From: Wallemia ichthyophaga EXF-994
Lineage: Eukaryota > Fungi > Basidiomycota
Length of the DNA stretch: 32,000 nucleotides
Direction: 5' to 3'
Assembly (NCBI RefSeq): GCF_000400465.1
Contig: NW_008806283.1
Coordinates: 360,001 to 392,000 of the forward strand
The notes under the pieces are model-generated. The model saw only the letters and a list, made by a program, of their open reading frames with translations, had not been told where the DNA came from and ran no database searches. Positions 11,301 through 23,200 of this stretch are shown here, in pieces. The position numbers and the translations under genes were made by a program. Position 1 is the stretch's first letter, and every line of letters begins with the position of its first letter.

Positions 11301-12039
11301 ATACGATGATATGATTGATGAGGTAAGTGATTACCATTTGTGGTGTTCTTGCGTGTGCAGTGTATTCTAACACGATATTCAACAGGCAGCTCTTTTTGAA
11401 GTTGATGCGTCATATCACGATCCAAATGTCGGTAGATCGGTCTCGCGTTTAGTGCAGCCAGTGCTGTTGACTATGACAATCTACCCTAATATCCAACCAG
11501 ACGCTCATACAACAATCGGCTCATCCCCAACCCTCATCTCCCAGCGTCTCAATGCAATACTCGGCAGTCCAGATGCTAAGGTGATAAGACGCAGGATGGA
11601 GTTGCTTTCATCGGATATGATAACACGCGCACTAATACTGATTTCGCGTAAAAATAACGTTCAAGCACAAAGATTACTCACTGAGACGGTACGTTTGGTG
11701 AGAATGGCTATAAGCAATCTAGTCAACTCCACGTCCTTCTCTCCGACTGTTAATTCACCATCAATGTCCATCACACCTAACAGATTCAAAAAGGATCATG
11801 GCATACTTAATACTGCCGATATACTCGAGGCTATTTTGTTTGAACTCGAGAGTTTACTTGAAGGATTGGAAGAGCACAAGGAAAATTTTGACCGCGAGCA
11901 GCGTAATCTTGGTGCTCAGCAAGCTATGATACTTAGAGATCAAAAGAGCTGGACTGGAAGAAGTCCAATCGAGAGGTTGTTCTGGAATTTTGATAATTCG
12001 AGAGCCTTGCTTGTCAAATCACTTGACTGGAATAAATAG
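8358..12039 (+). CDS. RING-H2 + PH + von Willebrand A domain protein (Ste5/Far1-like architecture), about 1173 aa
   Basis: Exons 8358-8631, 8682-9741, 9789-11322, 11386-12039; introns 50, 47 and 63 nt, all GT-AG and frame-preserving. The spliced RING-H2 reads CPVCLEPL..KPHIVPLCGHALHDQC..VCGICR. PH-like segment VFLFENALICV..LKLKGKIY. vWA segment PADIVLIL..LEFVINKLGHRDRICVVTF..IFLVSD..IHTLGW..SSHTGGTYTFV. Confidence 0.85.
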
Positions 12040-12076
12040 TCTGAAGTTTCTATATTATAGGCATATGGGAAAATTT

Positions 12077-12110
12077 CACGGACTAACGCAATACACGGAC
12101 CAACGCAATA
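12077..12110 (+). repeat. Tandem duplication of a 17-mer, CACGGAC(T/C)AACGCAATA x2, between convergent 3' ends
   Basis: 12077-12093 and 12094-12110 differ at one base. Confidence 0.8.
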
Positions 12111-12224
12111 AAACTACAAGTCGCTAACTTTGCTAAACTTTAATGAATATACTAAGCTCCTCTTTAATAATCGTGTTTACTTCTTAACATGTATATTTTC
12201 GATTTACATTTAATACAACCAAGT

Positions 12225-13415
12225 TTATAAGTTTATTTGAGATTGCATATCCTCATTGTAAGCGCCTTTGAGGGCGTTAGATACGCTAAGATCCGCCATA
12301 GCATAACGAGTTTCAACTGTCGAGCTTCCGATGTGAGGGAGGAGGAACACTTTGTCATTCTTTACGAGAGGGTGATTGCTGTCGATATGTGGTTCTCCTT
12401 CGATAACGTCTAAGCCAGCACCGGCAATGACATTCTCGTTGATAGCGTCGTTAAGTGCGTATGTGTCCTTTTGTGAGCGTTAGACAGTTGCTTTTACGCG
12501 AATGTTGGAATGCACCCACAATGAGCGGTCCTCTTGCAACGTTCACCACGAATGACGTCTTTTTCATATTGTTGAGGAAGTCTCTGTTGATGATGTGTTT
12601 CATATCTGCAGTCATGGCTGCGAGGAGGATGAGTGCATCTGAGTCTTGGGCGAGTGTGGAAAGATCGACGCGCTTAATTTCAATGTCGTACGTTTTTGAT
12701 AGCTCAGCATTTCTTGCGGATCTATCTGTACGTCCTAGGCTGGGTCAGTGGACTGAGAAAAGAGAGGGAGAAAGAAAGACACACCTGAGTCAGTGTAGAT
12801 GACTTTCTTGATTCCGAATGGAACAAGTCTGTGCATGGTAGCCTGTGCAATACGACCAAATCTAACAAAACACAAAGCAAGTCAAAGTCAGCTAGGATCG
12901 TGTGTTGATACTCCCCACACTCACCCCAAAAAACCGAGTGTCTTATTCTCGCTCAACTGTCCAGCCATGAGGAGTGGGCCCCAACCGACCTGTGGCCATT
13001 GATTTCTTTGAATAAAGGCAATTGACTCGCTAGCACGTCTGGCAGCGGCGAGATAAAGCAAGGCGCCAATTTCCGCAGTAGCGCTAGTGAGTAAGTCAGG
13101 AGTATTCGAAAGTCTCACATTGCGCTCTTTCAGCTGAGCCAAATCACAGTGGTCCACTCCGACAGACATGGTGCTGATTGCTTTGAGATTAGTGCCTGCT
13201 TTATCGAGCAGCTCTTTGTCAACCTTATCGCTTAGCATTACTAGGAGAGCGTCTGCACCGCTGACATTATCGAGCAGCCATTCTCTGGGGGCCGGAGTGT
13301 CCGTCTCCCAGCAAGTCAGATTCACAGGCCTGGATTGGAATTTTGCCATAATTTCAGGCATTAGTGGACGTGTGAGCACTATTTTAGGTATATTCAAGGT
13401 GCCTGCGATGCGCAT
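12225..13415 (-). CDS. GOR1: Glyoxylate/hydroxypyruvate reductase (D-isomer 2-hydroxyacid dehydrogenase)
   Basis: Exons 13415-12925, 12861-12785, 12734-12520, 12467-12225; introns 63, 50 and 52 nt. Motifs: STMSVGVDH, NTPDLLTSATAE, Rossmann GFLGFGRIA (spans intron 1), VVNVARGPLI, GAGLDVIEGEP, LPHIGSST. The catalytic Arg, Glu and His are present. Confidence 0.93.
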
Positions 13416-13489
13416 GTCGTTGTAAAATGATAAGGAGTTGGGCGTGGTGCAAGCACAAGTACAAGCCTGGATTTAGTGTGCTGGACTGC

Positions 13490-14088
13490 TCAGACCACTC
13501 TGCCTACAATGTTGTAGCGCTTGCTAAAGAATTTAAACCAATCTGAGCAGTGTTAGATAAGCGGCTGCTGCGCTAACCCCCACACACCGTCAAGCACAGA
13601 AGATTCCTTCTCTGTGAGAGTACTGTAGTCCGCAACAGCGTCTTCCGGATTCAAGCTGCTCATCCCCAGCCCTCTGCTACCGTCCTTGCCCTGGAACGGG
13701 ATGTCAGCCAATGACGCTACCGTGATTAGGCAACAGTACAGCGAAAATATTGTATGACTTGCCGCTGCCGTACATGTCAGCCTTCTTGGTCACATCGAAT
13801 ACCGTCCCTTTGATTGCGACGTATATTGGCTTATCGTTGCTGCCGTCGTGCATGCTCAACTCCGCGGCGCTGATAGGCGTGTCCTTTGGTGGATCTAGTT
13901 GGGCTGCTGGTGCTTGCATGGGCTAGTATTATGTTAGCTGGTAGCGCGAAAAATGGCACGCAGCGCACACTCTTGTTATCGTCCTCAGATGGTTCTAAAG
14001 CAAGGTGAGAATCAGTTTATGATTTGAGCAGACCTTAATTCTCACCCTGGCCTGCGAAATAACTCTTTACACTATCGAAGAATCCCAT
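13490..14088 (-). CDS. Cytochrome b5-like heme/steroid-binding protein (MAPR/Dap1 family), soluble type
   Basis: Five exons: 14088-14046, 13994-13969 (26-nt microexon), 13922-13740, 13690-13588, 13542-13490; introns 51, 46, 49 and 45 nt. Protein MGFFDSVKSYFAGQEPSEDDNKSPMQAP..IYVAIKGTVFDVT..YGSGKSYNIFAGKDGSRGLGMSSL..DWFKFFSKRYNIVGRVV carries MAPR motifs. Confidence 0.92.
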
Positions 14089-14117
14089 CGATGTAACCAG
14101 ACAAGAATGATGCATAT

Positions 14118-15744
14118 CTAGAATCCATTTACAGTTTCTGCTCCAACGCGCGCTATCACGTGAAATGCTTTATCGACGTGTTTTTCCTTTGTTTGAGGAC
14201 ATCCGCATACGAATCTGACACAATATACACCATTCACCGCGGTATGCGTGAGACTGAGCTCGTTTCTATGTGCAACAAGATTGCTATAGAATTTCCTGTT
14301 TAGCTCATTCACTGAACTGATTTCACTCCCTTCCCCACCTCGCAAACGAAAGACAGTAAGTGACAAACGGGGTTTACACACCAACTCAAACCTCCCATCC
14401 GATTTCAAAAGCTGTCTAAATCTCTCCCCAAGCTCTATAGAGCGGCGTATATGTTCTCTGAACCCCTCCACTCCGTATGACTTGAGCATAAAGTATATCT
14501 TGGGACTCGAGAAGTGTCGTCCGAGACCTATAATGCAGTCCTTGAAGTCAAGCACCTGTCCAGAGTCTGTGGCTTTATTGCGCAGGTATTCCGGCGTGAT
14601 TGTCAGAGCATCCGTTATTGACCTGAGGTCACGAACGAAGAATGCAACGGTAGACATGCTAACTAAGCCCATCTGAGAGTGGAGGGTGTAAAGTGTAGAG
14701 TGTCAGCGGATGATATACCACATAAGGACAAACACCCACCTTATGCATACCTATATTGATAGAATCCGCGTACTGATTTATAGCGGCCAGCATCAATTCG
14801 TCGCGCACCTCTGGGACAGCGAGGTGAGTACCAGCCCAAGCGGCGTCGATGTGCATCCACAGCCGATTCTGTCTGGCGACAGAGCCTACGCTGTCGACCG
14901 AGTCAACCGCACCAGTGCTCGTCGTACCTACAGTTGCAACAACAATGAAAGGCACAAGACCATTCTGGCGGTCCTCCGCCACCGCACGCGCCACTGCCTC
15001 GCCAGTGAGTGCCAGCTCGGTCTCTGCGCTCACCTCCAAAAGGCGTATGCGGAGATTGAGCACGCGGGCTGCCTTGCTTGCGGAGGAATGTGTTTGGGTT
15101 GACGCATACACCACCAGACGAGACTGATCGCGCGTTTCATTTTCGTGCAAATACTTTTCTCTCGCTGCAGTCACAGCTACCAGGATAGACTCACTGGAGC
15201 TGGCCTGTACAACTCCGCCTCCAGCTCCCCTCCGGAAGTGGTGGAAGGTGTCTTGCAATCCGAATAAATTTGCCAGCCAGTCCATCACTTGTAACTCGAG
15301 CTCTGAGCACGGATTTGAGTCCCAGCTGAATCCTGGATTGTTGATTGAAGATATCAGCATTTCGCTAAGCATCGACTCAAATGAGGTGTTCGCGGGGAAG
15401 TAGTGGAATGCGCTTGGATGCTGCCAGTGGTTGAGACCTGGCAAAACTACATCTCTAAACTCATCCTGTATTTCACCAAATGACGTGCCGCGATTTGGAG
15501 GTGCGTCTACGTAGCATCAACGATGGTGCTTTGACAGCTGCCAACACACACGCACCAGCTATTGCTCCCCTAAGATACCCAGGCTTGACATCTGACTGGA
15601 CTGCTATCGACGATGGATCGTCTCTGAGCGACTTGTAGTAGTTGTAGATCCTATCAACTGTCCTAAAGCACAATGAGCTCAGTTTTTACCATCCAACACA
15701 CATCCTAACTCGTATCCGTTTCGCTTGAACTCCTCGAGATCCAT
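14118..15744 (-). CDS. DDC: Aromatic-L-amino-acid decarboxylase family (group II PLP decarboxylase), 487 aa
   Basis: Exons 15744-15710, 15662-15556, 15506-14740, 14672-14118; introns 47, 49 and 67 nt. Motifs: MDLEEFKRNGY, VKPGYLR, LPGLNHWQHP..FHYFPAN, ELE..VMDWL, QTHSS, GTTSTGAVD, HIDAAWAG, MHK (PLP lysine), TPEYLR, LGR. Confidence 0.92.
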
Positions 15745-15924
15745 TTGATGACAAGATGAAACGGAAATCGACAGCAGTCAGACACAGCCAGACGCATTAT
15801 AGCACATACGACACACGCAAATTTAAAGAAATGAAATTCGAGTTTGACAAGGGAAAAGGTGGAGAATATAATTAAGAATGTTCAATGCTTTCAAAGGTCA
15901 ACATGGCGTATTCGTTGAGTTAAA

Positions 15925-17078
<1,154 letters not shown>

Positions 17079-18270
17079 TGTATTTTATTTTATACGTGAG
17101 CGCTCGAATTGAAGGAGAGCGCGTAAATTCATCCAGCGCAGGGAGCAGCCTAGGTGGGTGGTGTGGGAGAGCTGTATGGTGAATATATTACGTGGTTATA
17201 CCTGACATACTCCCGTAATCCCACACATACTGAGCCTCTCGCTTGAAATTTTTATCTAATTGTTGTCTTCTCAATTGGTCTAGCCAGGCGGGGTAAAGAG
17301 GGCTATGTAGTATGTATCGGAACTGTCACAATTAATAGGCAATAGATGGCCCATTCTCCTTTCCCCTCCTTTCTATTCTATGAAATAACCCGCCTTAAAC
17401 TTCATATCTTTTGCATCAACGGCGCACAAAGTATCATTAGACGGGAAGAATTATCACATTTTATCACTATAGACTACTTCATATTGACTTAGCGTGACGA
17501 ACGCGCCGGCAATGAGAGCATATGGAGGAGGCAACTAGCAATCAGCTATCTCAGTCTTTTCGAAAGCGCTATGGGGATTGAAATCAAGAAAAGGTCGTTT
17601 TCGTAATCATAGAGACAGCAGTCGAGTACAGAACCGGTTATCAGCTCAATTTGAATTACTCGGAGTGCCGTGTATGCATTCCGATGGTCACTTTGAATTC
17701 TACGTTGAATTGCGCCAATTACAACTTTTCTGCAATAGATTGTAAAAACACTCTTGCTCTTCATCATAAAGCTCGAGATGAGATGCTATTCCCGCAATAC
17801 AAACGACAGCTTCCCTTCAACAAGCTGAAAAAGCTAGAGAAGCTAGTACAGATATAGAAGACAGTGCGGTCAGAGATGACATCAAAAGCGAGTATGTTAA
17901 TCAATCTTAAGATATAGTTTCGTTCCGCTACGGAGATCAAGATGTACATTACACAGATCTCAGGACAGCAAAATCTAAATATAAGTGTAACCTAAGTAAT
18001 GAAAAATAAAAATATTATTTTTTTAGCCCAAGAAAAAGTCTCAGGAAGGTGGACTGTAGATACCGGAAGAGAAGATGGCTTTGAATGGATGGCGTCATAG
18101 CCTTTGGGTATTGGAATCTGTTTATTTTGGATTCACCTTGAAGCTATTGCTTTTATCGCTTTGAAACGACTGTGAATATCTCGAATCAATCTGAAAGTGG
18201 GGCTTATCAATCTCTAGCCACACCGCTTTTTCTTCCCCTCCGACGACGTATACGCAACCAGACACCCACA

Positions 18271-20070
18271 ATGCCTTTATCAAAGCACATCAACACTGAG
18301 AAACTCATTTCTGATTCACGCGATGACGCCAGAAGCCTCGTAGAAAGGGCATCCGGTGAAGAAGCTCGAAAGTACACCTCTAGAAGATACGGTCAAGCGC
18401 CTCTTCCTAAGGTTGGTGCTATTTGCCTTTAGTTTTGTATAAATGCTCACACTCCATAGTACGAATTCCCCTCTACCGGTGTCGATGATAATGTCGCGTA
18501 CCAGCTCATTCACGACGAGCTAAATGGTGACAGTACACCATTCCTCAATCTCGCGTCATTCGTCACCACTCGAATGTCCTCTTTGGGGCAAAAGTTGGTT
18601 GATGAAAATATCAACAAGAACATTGCAGACCAGGACCAATACAAGTCTTCATTTGAGCTGCAGAACCGTGTTATAAGCATGATGTCAGACCTATGGAAAG
18701 TTCCAAAGGACGGCTCCTGCTCAGCTGTCGGTACCGTGACCGCTGGATCAAGTGAAGGGCTTCTTATGGGCGTTTTGGCTTTGAAAAAGCTCTGGCAAGG
18801 CAAAGTAATAGCAGAGAATGCTGCGCTTGAATCTGCGCAAGCAAATAGTCAAAATGTCTCAAATACGACACCTGCTACACAAAAGCATAAAACCCCACGC
18901 AGCTTCAAAGAACCAGGTGGAAATATGATTTTCGCGTCATCTGCTCATTGCTGCGTAGAGAAGGCTGCCAGATATTTCGACTTGGAAGCGAGAATCGTCC
19001 CAATAGGCGAAAAAAGCTCTGAAAAAGGTGAAGGTAGCCGTTACACTCTTGATCCCGAAGCAATTCCGGACCTTGTGGATGAGAATACCATCGGAGTGGT
19101 AGTCATCGCAGGCAGTACATATACAGGCCACATTGAGGACGTCATTGGTGTGAACAAAGTGTTAGATAGAGTCCAAAAAGAGCGTGGATTCGACATTCCT
19201 ATCCACGTAGATGCTGCCTCAGGTGGATTCGTCCTGCCATTTGCTTTCCCTAAGCACAAGTGGGCATTTGACGTACCTCGCGTTCACTCCATAAACAGCT
19301 CAGGTCATAAATACGGTTAGCAGGATGTTAAAATTGGCTGAAATTCTCACTGACGATACTAAGGTGGTACATACGTTGGCTCAGGTATCGTCATCTGGAA
19401 AGACGAGAAGCTCTTACCGAAGGAGCTCGTATTCGAAATGCACTATCTTGGTTCAACTGAGCTTTCATTCACGCTCAATTTCTCGCGTCCAGCAGCTCCA
19501 GTGATTGCGCAATACTACAACTTTATTAATCTAGGCTATGAAGGTTACTGTTCGATCTTGCAAAATGACTTTTCTAATGCGCGTATTCTCGCACGTGCCC
19601 TCGAAAAAAGCGGCTACTTCGAGGTGCTATCTGACAATCATCGCCTCGATCCCAACAGCGATGTCAAGGATAACCAGCTCGCTGAAGCATACGCACCTTC
19701 TCTCCCAGTCGTTGCCTTTAGATGGACCGACAAGTTCAGAGAAGAACACCCTTACCTCGAGCAGAAATGGGTGCAAATTTTGATGAAGACAAAGGGTTGG
19801 ATCTTGCCAAATTATGGAATGAGTGAGAACTTGACATCTGTAGAGATTATCAGAGCAGTAATGAGAGAGGAGATGAGTGAAGACATGCTAGACATCCTCG
19901 TGAAGGACCTCATTGAAGTGCAAGAAGCGCTCACGGACGACAGCTCTGACTTTTATAAACTCGCTCTCACCAGCTCGGGCAAAAAGCCATCTACAAAGCA
20001 ACCCTCTGAAGATACACGTGAGGAAAAGAAAGAAGATGATGCTCACCAAGGCTACTCGCGTCCATGCTAA
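18271..20070 (+). CDS. GAD1: Glutamate decarboxylase (group II PLP decarboxylase), 567 aa
   Basis: Exons 18271-18411, 18460-19315, 19364-20070; both introns 48 nt. Motifs: AYQLIHDEL, NLASFVTT, TAGSSEG, IHVDAASGGFVLPF, INSSGHKYG (PLP lysine), FTLNFSRPAA, QYYNFINLGYEGY. Confidence 0.93.
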
Positions 20071-20289
20071 TTTGTGATTATGAAAATTGCGAAAGTTTCC
20101 ACAGATTCCAGATTACAATTTTCACTTAAAAGCTATATCTTGCATTTTCCTTATGAACTTCTTGCATAAAATTACTTAAATTTACATTCATACGTTTCCA
20201 TAAAGAGGACTGTCTGCACACTTTCCTATCACTCGAGTATGTAGAGCACATTATAAATCTGGATTGACCGAGTATCGCAAATAGCTATA

Positions 20290-23200
20290 CTACAAAGTAG
20301 GGCTGTGTTGTTGCTGCCGCTTGAGGCTATTCCTGAGGAGGTCTTGTGCTGCTCCAGTGACGCTAACTGTGCGGCTGCGCCCATCCCTGGAAGTAGTAGC
20401 ATGTTCGTTTACCCCAGGTGACACAGACGAACGCGCCTCTTCAATTGGTCCCTGCTCCCTCTTCTCCTTCTGCTCGGACAGAGCTCGCGTGAGAGTGGTC
20501 GTAACCCCTGGACTCTGACTGAGAAGGTTAGGTGGGGGTTGTTGACTGACGCTGGAGCGTGTGCGCGACGATGTTGCACTTGATGTCGCTGACCCCGTCC
20601 TTCGTCTAGGGTCTCGATCATGCATCCTCCTTTCCGCTGCCGAGCTATTATCGTCATCGTTGTTGTTGGCTGTACCTGCTCGGGTACACGGACTGTCGAG
20701 ACCACCTCCTTCTACCACGCTAAACGGATTTGGATTGCTAGGCGTGTGGTTGTGTGTGTGTGGCTGGGTGGAATTGCTTCCCCTCTCCCTCTCGTTCTCA
20801 TTGTCATCCACTACTACGCTTAGACCACCGCCATCTCCACCACCTCCACTTCGAGATGGCCCGCGGCGATGCTTCGGCTGCCAGATATCGACATCGAGTA
20901 GGAAATACTTGACTCCGATTCCGAGTCCGAACGGGTTATCCGAGGTGCCATCGACTATCTTCTCGTCGATGTTGGTGATGCGCGCAACTGTCCACTCGCG
21001 ACTCTTCAGTGTCTCACTCTGCGATGGTGTTGGCTTAAGGAAGTAGTGCGGGAAGGAGACTGTGCGGAGTTAAAAAGAGCACAGCAGTACGACACATCCA
21101 CCCACTGTTGAAAGCAGCCCACGGCTTAGCTGCTGCATTGCGCGTCGGGAGGAATAATGCCAGGTCACCTCTACCGAAATTCCTAAAGGCCAGTTTCTCT
21201 TTAGCGCGCTCGCGGTTGACCTTAGCCTCCTTCTGCCATCTGCGCACATACGCCGCCACCCTACTGACGAGGTCATCGGGATGTTGTGTGTGGGGCGTGA
21301 GGGGTGTTATTGGTGGGTGGGATGTATGTGAGGTTTGAGGGGTGTGCGAGAAAGTTGATGAGAAATTCAGCAGCACATTATTCACACCCACGCCCACACC
21401 CACACCAGCACTCCCGCGATCTTTCTCGCCTGCCCTCGCGAGCACCTTGGCTAGGTTATCAGCGAGTGACTTGTGTTGAGCGCGTGCATCAGCCGCATCA
21501 TCTCCCTTCCGCGCCAGCTCATGGCTAGCCAATTCGAGATGTCTGGACAGCACGGCATGATCTGCATCCATCTCTGAGCGGATATGGCGCAGTTCCTGAT
21601 CGCGCACAGTCACTTGCTCCTCATAGTTTCGCTTGAGCTCCTCTATCGTCTCGTCGCGCGCGCGAATTGTCCGCGCGCACGCCGCAACTGATTCGTTCAT
21701 ATCCTCATTGTGCTGCTCTAGCTCACCTATGCGCGTGCGCATCACACTCACCTCCTCTTTGCTCGCTAGTTCACTCGCGGTGCGGTTGTGCTCCTCCTTC
21801 TGCTGTTGCATTGCGTCGGCGTGTGTCTTGCGCAGTTTCGCTACCTCCCCCTCGTGCTCCCGTCGCAGCTGGTCTATGTCGTGCGATACTGCGCAGCTGA
21901 TTTTAGTATTCGAGTTGAGTTGAGTTTTAATCCAGGCACTCACCTCGCATCTTCTTTGTTGACTGCGGTAACAGTATCGCACTCGCCTTTTTCTCCCATT
22001 CCACATCGAGAGCGTGGATGTACGTTAGGGTGCTCTCGTAGACACTGAATAGGGGTATTATTGCGGAAGTATCGATGTGTCGTTGCGAGGTGTCGATAGC
22101 TGGGCGCTCCACTGAATGTTGGACAGAATACTCCGCTGCACTTTTCACCTCCCGCTCCATACCATACTCCTCAACAGCCCTCTTCACGACTTGCACAACC
22201 TCCTCCAACTCATCCGCGGTTATCCGCACAGGAAGGTTGCCTCCGCGCAGATTAACCTCTGGCATATTGATCATGCTGTCGAACCCGGCAACATCAAAAG
22301 GCAGGAAGCGCGCAGGTTTCACAGCTGCGACTTTCATATAATCATCCGCTTCCGAGAGAGCAACATTTTTTGCAGTAGATGTCGAGCTGGCAACGCTATC
22401 GAAATCAACTAGCGTCAATCTCCTTATTTCCTCCTTACGGCTTTCATTTGCAAGTAGCTCAGCTATATCAGAGGTTTTTTCTTTATAGTGGCTGTCGAAA
22501 GCATTACGACGTGCAAGTTCAGCTATGAGGGAAACATAGGCAGTAGGCATAGCCTTGAGGCGAGTGAGGTGTTGAAATGAGCTAAGCGTGCCAATAGAGT
22601 GCTTCAAGTTGGTGGTTCTTCTCGGTATATCGCTCAACTGCACATGTATGTGCGACAACCGCGTTAGGTACTCGAGATGAGGTTGGGAGTTTTTTAGATT
22701 AGTCAGTGTAATTACATCTTCTCGCAAAAATGCATCAAGCTGGTCAAGGTGCTCACGTTGACTCATGTTCAGCTGAGATGTACTGTCAAATGCGTCGGCA
22801 GCTTCTGTTAAGGCATTATCGAATTCACTAAAATTCACCGCTTGTAATAGCATCTCAATGTCTTGCAACTCATTGTCAATATCAACCCAGAGCTCATCGA
22901 GCAACTGATGCTGATGGTGGTGTTGTATGTGTGTGTCGAGTGAATGGGAGTAAATCTGATCCATCTTCTGAATACTCATGTAATCACTCAAATAACGCGA
23001 TCTGTTCTTGACTAGTTTAGGGTTCACGGGGATGCTGCTAATGAGATGCATATGGAATTGGTGATGATGTAATAACTCCGCGTGCTGCGATAGGAGAGTG
23101 GTGGATGTACTGTCGAAATCGGATCTCAAACTCTCGAGAAGATCAATCTGTCTCTTTATGTAGAGCAATGCGACTGTAATGCTGTTATGACGATTGATAG

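Noticed and set aside
12735-12744. Alternative acceptor (CCCAG versus CCTAG) in reductase intron 2
   Set aside because: The proximal AG is only a few nt from the CTGAC branch point, probably too close to be used, and it gives an immediate stop.
14089-14120. Stop-codon readthrough fusion of AADC with the b5 protein
   Set aside because: The AADC stop and the b5 ATG are 32 nt apart in register, so they are in different frames.
17641-17767. Possible box C/D snoRNA on the minus strand (ATGATGA ... CTGA, about 127 nt)
   Set aside because: No terminal stem, and the stretch before the D box resembles a 25S rRNA segment only imperfectly; these short motifs occur by chance.
18075-18164. 29-aa hydrophobic ORF upstream of GAD
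   Set aside because: Short, no recognisable motif, and likely upstream of the GAD TSS. The ORF-track extension at 18172 starts at a GTG, not an ATG.
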